Positions 46,249 to 55,806 of a stretch of 64,000 nt of DNA are shown one piece after another. A model generated the notes under the pieces. The model was not told where the DNA came from, made no database searches, and saw only the letters and a program-made list of their open reading frames with translations. A program made the translations under genes and the position numbers. The stretch's first letter is position 1; each line of letters starts with the position of its first letter. This DNA comes from an uncultured Gammaproteobacteria bacterium (GTDB taxonomy: Bacteria; Patescibacteriota; Microgenomatia; Levybacterales; UBA12049), in NCBI GenBank assembly GCA_964507055.1, contig CAZDOJ010000001.1:141210-205209 (forward strand), given 5' to 3'.

Positions 46249-47973
46249 TTATATTTCTTTCCACAAATAAGCATATGGAGCAAGTTCATACATGGTATCT
46301 TCATAATGCACTTTAACTCTTGAGCCACTCACATTGTGAAGTGCCAATAATCTTTTTGACTGTGATTGGCGAAGTACAGCAAAAATTCTTTTATCGAGAT
46401 CAAGTATCTGTTGAGACGCATTCGGATGCAAAAGATTATTGTTAATTCTTGATGCGATTAAAGATTTCACTGCCGACAATACTCTCGATTGTTTCGAAGA
46501 GACATTTTCAAGTTGCTGAGTGAGCTTTGGATAATTTAACTTCCTTTCATTTATATCTCGATTAAAGTTCGTTTTCTTCCATGTATCGAGATCATTTTCT
46601 TCTCCAAATAGCGATCCGTAATAAATTGCAGGTACTCCAGCGATTGCAAAACTTATGGCGATAGAAGTTATAAACTTTTGCAGTGTTATTGAAAAAGATT
46701 CTTCTGGACTATGCAGGGCAGACCACCATGTGGAATTCATTTCATAGATCGATTTACTTCCATCCGGCATTGTTCGATAAGAAATTTTTCCTCCATTTTT
46801 GATGATCGATTTTGACAATGTAGCAATCTCTTTATCCGGTAAAATGCCCCGTGCACCCAAAACACCGATCCCATCATGAGAGGAGAGAAAATTAAAAAAT
46901 GTCGTATCTTTTGACGGAACAGTCAATGTATTAGCCCAAGTTGTGAGATGTAATGCGTCTTGATTTTTGAATGCGTGTAGGACCAATGGAGGTAATGCAA
47001 AATTATAAACCATATGTGCACCATGTATGCCATCTCTGAAGTAAGAAATATTCTCTTTGTGAGGCACATTTGTTTCAGTTATTAATAAGGCAGAAGGATA
47101 TACAAGATCAAATATCGTTCTGAAAAGTTCAAGTAATCGATATGCATTTGGACGATGAATGGAATTTGTTCCTAGTTCTTTCCAGATAAAAGTAATAGCA
47201 TCCATTCGTACGACACGGACACCTTTTCTTAATAAAAAAAGTATAGTTTTTACCATTTCCAAAAAGACCTCAGGATTTTGATAATTCAAATCGATTTGGT
47301 CCTTACTAAATGTTGTCCATACATACCGTTTTCCTTTTTTTGTTTCAAAGGGAGTGAGACATTCTGTTGCTCGTGGACGAAACAACTTTTTTAGGTCTTC
47401 ACGCGGGATTTCTTTTTCTTCAAAACTTATAAAGTAATTTTGATATTTTTCTTCACCTGCGAGAAATTTCTGAAACCATTCATGAGCACTTGAGACATGA
47501 TTTAACACGAGATCAGCCATTAAACGATAATCCTTTGCTATAGACTCAATATCCTTCCAGTCTCCGAATTCTTTTTTTACTTTGTAAAAATCAGCGACAG
47601 CAAAACCACGATCCGCAGTAAAAGGATGGAATGGAAGAATGTGTACAGTATCGATAAGACCCTTTAGAGTATCATCAAGAAATGCGTGAAGTGTTTGCAA
47701 TGGTAATTGCTTTTCTTGCTGAAACGCGTTAGCGAACGTGATAAGGACAATATCTTTTTCACTAAAATATTGTTTTCTACGAAGTTTGTGCAGTCTAAAT
47801 TTTTCATTTATTGCATGTCTTTGAAGAGGGAATATGACTGGAATTTTCCATCGAGCGTGGTGAGAATGAATGAATTTGTGCTCTTCTTTAACTAGTTCTT
47901 TTAATTTTTTATATGTCTCTTTCCCTTGCTTTTCCCCGTAAATCAGTACTAACTTATCTAAGATTGTATTCAT
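46249..47973 (-). CDS. GH13-family sucrose-phosphorylase-like glucosyltransferase/phosphorylase
   Basis: DLVLNHVS, VRMDAITFIW (nucleophile Asp), ITETNVPH (acid/base Glu), FLSSHDGIG regions in GH13 order. Confidence 0.7.
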   Translation of the reverse strand: MNTILDKLVLIYGEKQGKETYKKLKELVKEEHKFIHSHHARWKIPVIFPLQRHAINEKFRLHKLRRKQYFSEKDIVLITFANAFQQEKQLPLQTLHAFLDDTLKGLIDTVHILPFHPFTADRGFAVADFYKVKKEFGDWKDIESIAKDYRLMADLVLNHVSSAHEWFQKFLAGEEKYQNYFISFEEKEIPREDLKKLFRPRATECLTPFETKKGKRYVWTTFSKDQIDLNYQNPEVFLEMVKTILFLLRKGVRVVRMDAITFIWKELGTNSIHRPNAYRLLELFRTIFDLVYPSALLITETNVPHKENISYFRDGIHGAHMVYNFALPPLVLHAFKNQDALHLTTWANTLTVPSKDTTFFNFLSSHDGIGVLGARGILPDKEIATLSKSIIKNGGKISYRTMPDGSKSIYEMNSTWWSALHSPEESFSITLQKFITSIAISFAIAGVPAIYYGSLFGEENDLDTWKKTNFNRDINERKLNYPKLTQQLENVSSKQSRVLSAVKSLIASRINNNLLHPNASQQILDLDKRIFAVLRQSQSKRLLALHNVSGSRVKVHYEDTMYELAPYAYLWKEI

Positions 47974-47992
47974 AGGCAGTTCTTATGAGTTG

Positions 47993-48077
47993 TGCCGGGA
48001 GGGGGAGTCGAACCCCCACGAGGTATAATCCTCAAAGGTTTTTGAGACCTTCGTGTCTGCCATTCCACCACCCCGGC
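47993..48077 (-). tRNA. tRNA-Leu (anticodon CAA), class II long variable arm, CCA not encoded
   Basis: Reverse complement folds: acceptor GCCGGGG/TCCCGGC+A, D-arm GGTGGAATGGCAGACAC, anticodon stem AAGGT/ACCTT with loop CUCAAAA, T-arm GGGGGTTCGACTCCCCC. Confidence 0.8.
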
Positions 48078-48165
48078 AATTAATTGAACTTAATTCTACA
48101 AGAAATAAGCCTTTAAAGGCTATTGATTCTTGAATTTAACTCCCTCCTATTATATACTTGATCTC

Positions 48166-49128
48166 ATGACTATTCAAGAAATATATGATCTTGCAATTGA
48201 AATGGCTATTGATGCAGATCCCCGCGGTGCAAGTTTTGTCAAAAAGCGATTAGAAAAAGCAAAGAAAGAATATAAAGACCTCTCAGAAAAAAAGAAAAAA
48301 TACTTCGATATTGAAACATTAACTAATCCATATTCTGATACAAGAATGTATCATGGTGATCCAAAACAACAAGTAAAAAAAATCTTGGCTGGAATTGATA
48401 TCTCAAGTGCCGAAGTTTTACTATTTGATCGGCTTAATGAAAAAGGAATGAAGCTTGATCTTCTTGTCGCACATCATCCAGAAGGTGCGGCATTGACTGC
48501 ATTGCATGAAGTAATGGATCTTCAAACAGATATGTACGGCGTCAATGGCATGCCACTGAATGTCTCTCATGCATTAATGCAAGGACGCATGGTTGATGTT
48601 CAACGAAAGATTCACCCAACTAATTACAATCAGGCGATTGATACAGCAAAGCTTTTAGATGTACCTTTTATGTCTCTTCACACGATTTGGGATAACTTAG
48701 GAAATCATTTCATTCTTGATTACATCAAAGGGAAGGACTATGAAACTGTTGGTGAAATTATGGAAGATCTTATGGAAATTCCTGAATATATTGAAGCGAC
48801 CAAAGCAAAAGCAGGTCCATTGGTTATTTCTGGAAGTGAAAAGAGTAGAGCTGGTAAAGTTGCTGTTTTCTATACTGGTGGAACAAATCCAGCAAAAGAA
48901 ATCTACATGGAACTTGCCAAAACTGGAATAGGTACGATTATCGATATGCATATGCCAGAAGATGCTGTCAAAGAGATGAAGAAATTGCATGTCAATGTTA
49001 TTAATGCAGGACATATGTCCAGTGATTCAATTGGAGCAAATCTTTACTTTGACGCATTAGAAAAAAAGGGTGTTGAAGTTGTCGCTTGTTCAGGGTATAT
49101 TCGAGTTAAGAGAAAGGGGAATAAATAA
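48166..49128 (+). CDS. Nif3-family dinuclear metal centre protein (GTP cyclohydrolase 1 type 2 homologue)
   Basis: ILAGIDIS...LLVAHHPEG and C-terminal HTIWD/His cluster pattern of NIF3; alternative TTG start at 48130. Confidence 0.6.
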   Translation: MTIQEIYDLAIEMAIDADPRGASFVKKRLEKAKKEYKDLSEKKKKYFDIETLTNPYSDTRMYHGDPKQQVKKILAGIDISSAEVLLFDRLNEKGMKLDLLVAHHPEGAALTALHEVMDLQTDMYGVNGMPLNVSHALMQGRMVDVQRKIHPTNYNQAIDTAKLLDVPFMSLHTIWDNLGNHFILDYIKGKDYETVGEIMEDLMEIPEYIEATKAKAGPLVISGSEKSRAGKVAVFYTGGTNPAKEIYMELAKTGIGTIIDMHMPEDAVKEMKKLHVNVINAGHMSSDSIGANLYFDALEKKGVEVVACSGYIRVKRKGNK

Positions 49129-49691
49129 TGATAGGAGTTACAGATTTACGAGCTGGAACAGCATTTGAAGAAGATGGGCAATCGTTCATCGTGATCTCAT
49201 ACGAGCACATCAAAATGGGGCGTGGTTCAGCCAACATTAAAGTAAAAGTACGAAATATCAAAACTGGTTCAATTGTAGAAAAAAGTTATATTAACGGAGC
49301 AAAAGTAAAATCAGTATCTGTTTCCAAGAAAGAAATGCAATACCTGTACAAAGACGATGATAATGCATTTTTTATGGATCCAGCAACATACGAGCAAGTT
49401 ACAATTCCATTGTCTGTTTTTCCTGACGAACATATCTATTTGAGGGATGGGGATAGCTATCCAATTAATATGTTGAAAGATGAACCGATTGGGATTTTAT
49501 TACCTCCTAAAATGACCTTTGTGGTAGCTGAAACTGCTCCAGGTGCCAAAGGAAACTCAGCGACGAATGTTTTCAAAGAAGCAATTCTTGAAAACGGACT
49601 CAAGACTAAGGTTCCTCTTTTTATCGATACGGGTGACAAGATCCGTGTAGATACTCGTACCGGTGCATATTCAGAAAAAGCATCAGCCTAG
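49128..49691 (+). CDS. efp: Elongation factor P
   Basis: MIGVTDLRAGTAFEEDGQSFIVISYEHIKMGRGSANIKVKVRN canonical EF-P. Confidence 0.9.
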   Translation: MIGVTDLRAGTAFEEDGQSFIVISYEHIKMGRGSANIKVKVRNIKTGSIVEKSYINGAKVKSVSVSKKEMQYLYKDDDNAFFMDPATYEQVTIPLSVFPDEHIYLRDGDSYPINMLKDEPIGILLPPKMTFVVAETAPGAKGNSATNVFKEAILENGLKTKVPLFIDTGDKIRVDTRTGAYSEKASA

Positions 49692-49692
49692 C

Positions 49693-50946
49693 ATGAACAC
49701 ATACATCCTTCGTGTTTTATCAGAAAGATCCTTTTTGTATCTTTGGATTGGGGAAATATTTACCCAGATATCAACGCACTTATTTAACTTCTTCCTCATT
49801 CTTATCGTTTACAAACTTACCGAATCAAATACTGCTGTATCGATCGCCGTTCTTTCGTTTACGGTACCCTCAATCCTATTTGGAACACTGGCTGGAGCAT
49901 ATGTCGATCGATGGGACAAGAAAAAGGTACTCATTATTACAACAGTACTCCGTGCCTTATTACTCATTTTGCTAGCATTCTTCCTAAATAATTTATTAAT
50001 GGTCTATCTTATCTCTTTTGTCTTCAATGTCCTCGTCCAATTCTTTATCCCTGCCGAAAGTCCGATTATTCCGACAATTGTTCGCAATAAATATCTCATG
50101 GGTGCAAATGCTTTATTTGGTTTAGCGATATATGGTTCTATGCTTGTTGCATATGTTTTGTCTGGGCCATTGCTTATCGCATTGAAGCCTTTTGTCTTGG
50201 CTGTAAGTTTGGGTGTGACATTAATGTTTGGTGCCTTATTTATCAGCTTTATTAAACCATCGTACGAAAAGGCTAAATTAAAAGATGAAGAAGATAAAGA
50301 ACTAAATTTGGTAAAGGATATTAAAAAGGCATTTAATCTCATGTCTAAGACTTCTGAAATTTTCCGCTCACTCTTTCTCTTGGCACTTTCACAGATCCTC
50401 ATTCTTACGCTTGCTACAATTGCACCAGGATATGCCTCACAAGTATTATCAATATCAGTTGAAGAATTTCCAGTAATCTTTGTAGCTCCAGCAGCACTCG
50501 GTATGGTAATTGGTGCGGTTGTGCTTGTATCATTCTTTAGAAAGCTAAAAAAAGAAAAAGTTATTCTTACGGGAGTATTTTTGTCCGGGCTTTCGATGCT
50601 TCTTCTCCCATATGGTTCAAAGGTTGCGACTCGCGATTTTGTACAAGTTCTTAATAACTATATTCCTGATATCACAACATTTCATATTATCTTTTTCTTA
50701 GCATTTATTTTAGGTGTTGCTAACTCACTTGTCTTCGTTCCATCTAATACTATATTGCAACAGAAGACTTCTGAAGAACTTCGTGGTAAAATCTATGGGT
50801 TCTTAAGTACAATAATCGGTTTACTTTCATTGGTGCCAATTATCCTTGTCGGTGGACTTTCTGATTTAATTGGAGTAGGATCAGTGGTCATTGGTATTGG
50901 TATTTGTTTAATTTCACTTGGTTTTGTGCTTATGTTCACAACATAG
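49693..50946 (+). CDS. MFS transporter
   Basis: 12 TM; ATG 2 nt after efp stop. Confidence 0.75.
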   Translation: MNTYILRVLSERSFLYLWIGEIFTQISTHLFNFFLILIVYKLTESNTAVSIAVLSFTVPSILFGTLAGAYVDRWDKKKVLIITTVLRALLLILLAFFLNNLLMVYLISFVFNVLVQFFIPAESPIIPTIVRNKYLMGANALFGLAIYGSMLVAYVLSGPLLIALKPFVLAVSLGVTLMFGALFISFIKPSYEKAKLKDEEDKELNLVKDIKKAFNLMSKTSEIFRSLFLLALSQILILTLATIAPGYASQVLSISVEEFPVIFVAPAALGMVIGAVVLVSFFRKLKKEKVILTGVFLSGLSMLLLPYGSKVATRDFVQVLNNYIPDITTFHIIFFLAFILGVANSLVFVPSNTILQQKTSEELRGKIYGFLSTIIGLLSLVPIILVGGLSDLIGVGSVVIGIGICLISLGFVLMFTT

Positions 50947-50948
50947 TT

Positions 50949-51644
50949 ATGGAAATAGTAGTTTTATTGCCAGCAGTTTTGGTTTTTCTTTATGCTTTCT
51001 ATAAGCTTGTAAAAGATGATTATGTCTTTATTCGTAAAGGTATTTCGTTGGAACAAGCATTTGATCTTGCTTTTATATCTCTTTGGGTAAGCCTGATTGT
51101 TTCCAGGCTTGCATTTTTGCTTTTTAACTTTCAACCAGGGAAAAATATTTTTCTTCAATTCTTTTCGCTTAAAGATCCAGGACTCTCTTTAATAGGTTCC
51201 GTGATAGGTGGTACTGCAGCTCTTCTTGTTCTTGGAAGATATAAAAAAATTCCTCTGGGGAGAATAGGTGATTTCTTTAGTTTATCATTCCTCTTTGCAT
51301 TACCAGTTGGCTATTTAGGAAGTGCATTGCTTGCCCCTAGAAATGAGCTATTGTATGCTCTTTTAAATGTTGTTTTATATTTTCTTCTGATGATGTTCTT
51401 CGTCCAGTTTCTCAAGCCGAAACTTATGAGTAGAGCACTCAAAGAAGGTACATTATCTATACTATTCTTAGTTTTCTTCTCGCTTATCTCCTTGGTCGTT
51501 GCACTGATTCCATCACTAAAAAATTTACAAGCATTTCTTTTCAATCCTTCAACAATTGTTACCGCAGTAGTATTAGTTATAAGTATCTTTTTCTATTTTA
51601 AAGAAGAGCGTCCATTTTCACCACATAGAAGGGTTTTGCGCTAG
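50949..51644 (+). CDS. Polytopic membrane protein, possibly divergent Lgt-like (prolipoprotein diacylglyceryl transferase family)
   Basis: 7 TM; FSLKDPGLSLIGSVIGG loosely resembles the Lgt WDGGMSFHGGLIG region; weak call. Confidence 0.35.
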   Translation: MEIVVLLPAVLVFLYAFYKLVKDDYVFIRKGISLEQAFDLAFISLWVSLIVSRLAFLLFNFQPGKNIFLQFFSLKDPGLSLIGSVIGGTAALLVLGRYKKIPLGRIGDFFSLSFLFALPVGYLGSALLAPRNELLYALLNVVLYFLLMMFFVQFLKPKLMSRALKEGTLSILFLVFFSLISLVVALIPSLKNLQAFLFNPSTIVTAVVLVISIFFYFKEERPFSPHRRVLR

Positions 51645-51649
51645 TCAGT

Positions 51650-52411
51650 ATGGATATCCCAGTCGTTTACGAAGATGAAGATGTTTTAATAGTAAACAAG
51701 CCCGCTGGCGTAACAGTAAATCGTGCAAAAACTACAAAAGATGATTTTACAGTGCAAGATTGGGCCGAGACACACCTTAATATTGATAAAAATAATATTC
51801 CTGTAAATAAGAAATTTGGAGAAGAGGGATGGGATCCGAAATTAGATTTTTATAGTAGAGGAGGAGTAGTTCACCGTTTAGACAAAGAAACCTCGGGTAT
51901 ACTGATACTTGCGAAAAATCCTGATTCTTTTGTCGAGTTATTACGTCAATTCCGTGAACGCATTGTAAAAAAATCATATGTAGCATTTGCACATGGACAA
52001 ATAGAACCTGCAACAGGAGAAATTTCTGTACCGGTTGGCCGTTTGCCATGGAACAAAACAAAGTTTGGTATTATTCCCGGTGGGAAAGAATCAAAGACAT
52101 TATATAAAGTAAAGCAATATTACCTTAATCCAAAAACGAAAGAAAAATTAACATTAATTGATATGTATCCACAATCGGGAAGAACACATCAAATTCGCGT
52201 CCATCTTAAGCACATCAATCATCCAATCTTCGCTGATTTTCTCTACGCAGGACGGAAAACATCGAGAGACGATCGAAAAGTCCTCCCAAGAGTTTTCTTG
52301 CATGCAGCTCAGATTACTTTTCAGCATCCTAAAAGTAATGAGGAAATTACATTTGATGCACCTTTACCTGCAGAACTTCAGCAGTGCCTCGATAGCTTCA
52401 CTACAGTGTAA
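51650..52411 (+). CDS. RluA-family pseudouridine synthase (no S4 domain)
   Basis: Catalytic motif VVHRLDKETSGILILAKN. Confidence 0.8.
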   Translation: MDIPVVYEDEDVLIVNKPAGVTVNRAKTTKDDFTVQDWAETHLNIDKNNIPVNKKFGEEGWDPKLDFYSRGGVVHRLDKETSGILILAKNPDSFVELLRQFRERIVKKSYVAFAHGQIEPATGEISVPVGRLPWNKTKFGIIPGGKESKTLYKVKQYYLNPKTKEKLTLIDMYPQSGRTHQIRVHLKHINHPIFADFLYAGRKTSRDDRKVLPRVFLHAAQITFQHPKSNEEITFDAPLPAELQQCLDSFTTV

Positions 52412-52466
52412 CCTCAACACGAACAAATACATGACATTCTTAAGTTGATGAGTCTATAATAATACT

Positions 52467-53285
52467 ATGAAAAGAAAAACAGTACAGAAAGAGACGAGTA
52501 AAAGTTTAAAAACATTTTATCTATATGCTGTATTAGTTTTTTTGGCAATTGGCATTTCATTATTCATCAAACTCATATTTGTTATCCAATCAAGTAAATA
52601 TGATGGACACCATCATTTCACAATTGCATTCACAAAGGATCAGAAAGTAAAAGAGGTTATTTCATTCAGTCCTCAAGTCCCTTCACTTGCTGTGCTTAAA
52701 ATAAAGGATAATAACATTTCTATAAATTCCCTTACCAAAGACCATGGAATTGCCGCAGACGCTCAGGTTGAGGTAAATGGCACAGTTACACTTGGTCAAG
52801 ATACTACAGCGACCTTGTGGGAATCTACACGGTCATATACATCAATTAAAACTGATGCAACACTCATTGATCTTATGCGGCTCACTCTTTTATCAAGAGA
52901 TATTATTTCAAATAATAAAGTAGTAAGGGATATTAACTTGAATGAGAATAAGCCTGAGAATAATACGCTCATTGCTCGTGCATTGAATGATCCAACCATT
53001 TCTTCTGAAAATGTAAGTATCCAAATCATTAATGCATCAAATGTTTCTGGTTTGGGTCAACGACTAGGTAAAGTATTTACAAACATGGGAGCAAATGTTG
53101 TTGAAGTCTCAACTTCTCACACACCGCAATTAACGTCCAAAGTTCAGTATTTTGGAGAGCGTTCATATACTCTCGAGCAAATCGAAAAGTATTTGGAATA
53201 TCCGGTTTCGCAACTAAATAGGCAGCCAATTGCAGATATTGTTATAATACTCGGTGAGGATATGAAGAATACCCGGAAGTTTTAA
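52467..53285 (+). CDS. Membrane-anchored protein with LytR_C-like C-terminal domain
   Basis: N-terminal TM; C-terminal VSIQIINASNVSGLGQRLGKVFTNMGANVVEV typical LytR_C. Confidence 0.45.
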   Translation: MKRKTVQKETSKSLKTFYLYAVLVFLAIGISLFIKLIFVIQSSKYDGHHHFTIAFTKDQKVKEVISFSPQVPSLAVLKIKDNNISINSLTKDHGIAADAQVEVNGTVTLGQDTTATLWESTRSYTSIKTDATLIDLMRLTLLSRDIISNNKVVRDINLNENKPENNTLIARALNDPTISSENVSIQIINASNVSGLGQRLGKVFTNMGANVVEVSTSHTPQLTSKVQYFGERSYTLEQIEKYLEYPVSQLNRQPIADIVIILGEDMKNTRKF

Positions 53286-53287
53286 TT

Positions 53288-53455
53288 ATGATAATAAATG
53301 TAATTGCTGTTTTAATACTTATTTCGATATTGCTTGCGGTGTGGTCTTTTGAAAGACAAAAGAAGTTAAGCGAAGTGAAAGCGGTGAAGAAAGACCTGCA
53401 TCAAGGAAAAGTTATTTACGACTCATCATCGTCCAAACTTTCTGATTTGGTGTGA
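53288..53455 (+). CDS. Unlisted small ORF: 55-aa single-TM protein
   Basis: ATG 2 nt after previous stop; MIINVIAVLILISILLAVWSF TM then charged tail; overlaps convergent 3' end of the TPR gene by 40 nt. Confidence 0.25.
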   Translation: MIINVIAVLILISILLAVWSFERQKKLSEVKAVKKDLHQGKVIYDSSSSKLSDLV

Positions 53456-54084
53456 CCCTTTTTAGCACTTGAAATAGTTAGTTTCTTTTCGTTATTTGCT
53501 ACAAAAGAAGGCTGATTTTTAAATTTCTTTACGCGTTTTGTTTCACGGATAAAGACACTGACTTTATTATTATCTACAGTACGAACATAAGCCTCATATT
53601 CGTTTCCTGATTCAATAAATTTAATAAGTCTTTGGCAAAGATCATCGGGAAGCATTCCTACAAATTGATCTTCCAAATCATATGTGAAAATCTTACTACG
53701 TTTGATCCGTATGTCTAACTTTTCTCCTGATCGAAGATGTGAGATTACTTTTTTCTCAGCATTATTGAGTTCTACAACTTTTGTTTTACCAGGTTCTTCA
53801 ATAAAAAGATTATTAATTGTGATACTAGGACGTTTTACATTTACATCATTAAGCCGTTTTAAATTACGAATTGCGATGGGATTCTTCATGTCTAACATGA
53901 GAACTTTCTCATAAAGATTTTTTGCATTTTTTGGATCGCCTGAACTTAAAAATGCAAATGCGAGTCTGTTAAGTGTATCAATATCGTTAGGTTCTTCCTG
54001 AAGAATAAGTTGGTTAAGCGTTATTGCAGATGGCCAATCTCCAACAAGGGCGGTTTGAATTGCTTGAGACTTTATTGAAAGCAT
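53416..54084 (-). CDS. TPR-like repeat protein with C-terminal beta-rich domain
   Basis: N-terminal helical TPR-like repeats (LNRLAFAFLSSGDPKNAKNLYEKVL). Confidence 0.5.
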   Translation of the reverse strand: MLSIKSQAIQTALVGDWPSAITLNQLILQEEPNDIDTLNRLAFAFLSSGDPKNAKNLYEKVLMLDMKNPIAIRNLKRLNDVNVKRPSITINNLFIEEPGKTKVVELNNAEKKVISHLRSGEKLDIRIKRSKIFTYDLEDQFVGMLPDDLCQRLIKFIESGNEYEAYVRTVDNNKVSVFIRETKRVKKFKNQPSFVANNEKKLTISSAKKGHTKSESLDDDES

Positions 54085-54212
54085 AAGTAGAGCCTGAGTT
54101 GAGTGTAATTCTACTAAGCTTTATTGCAAAAGTCAAGCAAGAAAGAGTATAATATGATCAATAAATGAGAAGAGAGAACTTATTTCTCCTACCTTCTCAT
54201 TTTTCTTTTCAT

Positions 54213-54962
54213 ATGAGTGGACATTCCAAATGGGCAACAATTAAAAGAGCAAAAGGAGCAACTGATGCAAAACGCGGACAACTCTTTACCAAACTTTCCA
54301 AAGCAATAACAATTGCCGTTCGGCAAGGTGGTGGAACTGCCGATCCTGCTATGAATTTTAAGCTTCGATTAGCAATTGACGCAGCACGTACTGCAAACAT
54401 GCCAAAAGATAATATTGATAGAGCAGTACAGCGGGCAAGTGGCGTACAAGCTGAACAACTTGATGAAGTTATGTATGAAGGTTTTGGACCGGGAGGGTTC
54501 AGTGTTGTTGTTGAAGGCTTAACAAACAATAAAGTACGAACAGTTGCAGAAGTAAAAAGTATTTTTAATAAAGGTGGCGGTAGTATGGGTGCTCAAGGTA
54601 GTGTCATGTATCAGTTTGAGAAAAAGGCAATTATTACCGTTGATAAAGGAGACCAAACACTTGATGATATCTTTCTTATCGCCGCAGATCATGGAGCAGA
54701 CGATATAGAAGATGCTGGTACAGAAGTGATCCTTTATACACAGCCAGATGATTTGGCAAAAGTACGTGATGCAATAGCAAAAGAAGGATTGAATATAAAG
54801 GGTGCTGAGTTCACATTTAGTCCTGTAGTAATTTCAGCTATTACGAACAAAGAAGATGCTGAAAAAGCATTAAATTTTATTGAAAAGTTAGAAGAGAACG
54901 AAGATGTCCAAAAAGTCTATGCAAATTTTGATATTCCTGACGAAATAATGAGGGAGAGTTAA
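54213..54962 (+). CDS. yebC: YebC/PmpR-family transcriptional regulator
   Basis: MSGHSKWATIKRAKGATDAKRGQLFTKLSKAITIAVRQGG canonical YebC N-terminus. Confidence 0.85.
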   Translation: MSGHSKWATIKRAKGATDAKRGQLFTKLSKAITIAVRQGGGTADPAMNFKLRLAIDAARTANMPKDNIDRAVQRASGVQAEQLDEVMYEGFGPGGFSVVVEGLTNNKVRTVAEVKSIFNKGGGSMGAQGSVMYQFEKKAIITVDKGDQTLDDIFLIAADHGADDIEDAGTEVILYTQPDDLAKVRDAIAKEGLNIKGAEFTFSPVVISAITNKEDAEKALNFIEKLEENEDVQKVYANFDIPDEIMRES

Positions 54963-54978
54963 AGGGGAATATTGCTAC

Positions 54979-55806
54979 ATGAATATCAGACCCAGACAAT
55001 CATCAGGAATTAAAAAGGGGAGACGGTTTAATTTTTCCATAGACAAGAGACAAAAATTTGTTCTTGGAATTTTGGCTCTTTCCATTGGTTTATTCATTAC
55101 AGAATTTCGCTTCGATCAATCTGGAATTTATATTGCGTTTCTTTTACCATTTTTGACTTGTTTATTCTTGTGGTGGGCGATAAGTGCAGACTTACGAGAA
55201 AACAAATCGTATCAAGTATTCATATTGCCGTTTCTGTATAGTTTGGCTTTTGGTTTTTTCTACTTTTTGACACCTACAACTTTTATTTTTAGACTTTTGC
55301 TTACCGCAATTTACGCTTTCGGATTATACTCATTGTTCCTTAGTCAGAATATTTTTATTGTTTCTTCATCAAGAACTATTCAACTACTTTCCGGGGCAAG
55401 AATTGTGTCCTTTGTCATAACACTTATTTCATATTTCTTTTTGGCTAATATTATTTTTTCTTTTCATGCCATCATTTTTCCTGTTATTGCACTTATCGGT
55501 ATTTTTAGTTATTTACTTATTTATCATTCATTATGGACTTATACACTCCAAAGGTATTCACAGTCATTAGCACTTTGGGTATCTGCTCTGACAGTTTGTC
55601 TCATTGAAGTGGCTACGTTAGTTTGGTTTTGGCCTAGTAATCCTACAGTTACGGCACTATTTCTAACAGGATTTTTATATGCGGTAGTAGGATTGAGCCA
55701 TATATGGTTAGAAAAGAGGCTATTTAAGGGGATTTTGTGGGAATATGTATGGGTTGGGACGATTGTGTTTTTTGTATTAATGCTTTTCACATCCTGGGGG
55801 AAATAG
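54979..55806 (+). CDS. Hypothetical polytopic membrane protein (7-8 TM)
   Basis: Coherent hydropathy, basic N-terminus; no family recognised. Confidence 0.5.
   Translation: MNIRPRQSSGIKKGRRFNFSIDKRQKFVLGILALSIGLFITEFRFDQSGIYIAFLLPFLTCLFLWWAISADLRENKSYQVFILPFLYSLAFGFFYFLTPTTFIFRLLLTAIYAFGLYSLFLSQNIFIVSSSRTIQLLSGARIVSFVITLISYFFLANIIFSFHAIIFPVIALIGIFSYLLIYHSLWTYTLQRYSQSLALWVSALTVCLIEVATLVWFWPSNPTVTALFLTGFLYAVVGLSHIWLEKRLFKGILWEYVWVGTIVFFVLMLFTSWGK

Noticed and set aside
47993-48077. tRNA-Leu as an integration site of a genomic island
   Set aside because: Flanking genes are ordinary metabolic or housekeeping genes. There is no integrase or direct repeat of the tRNA 3' end nearby.
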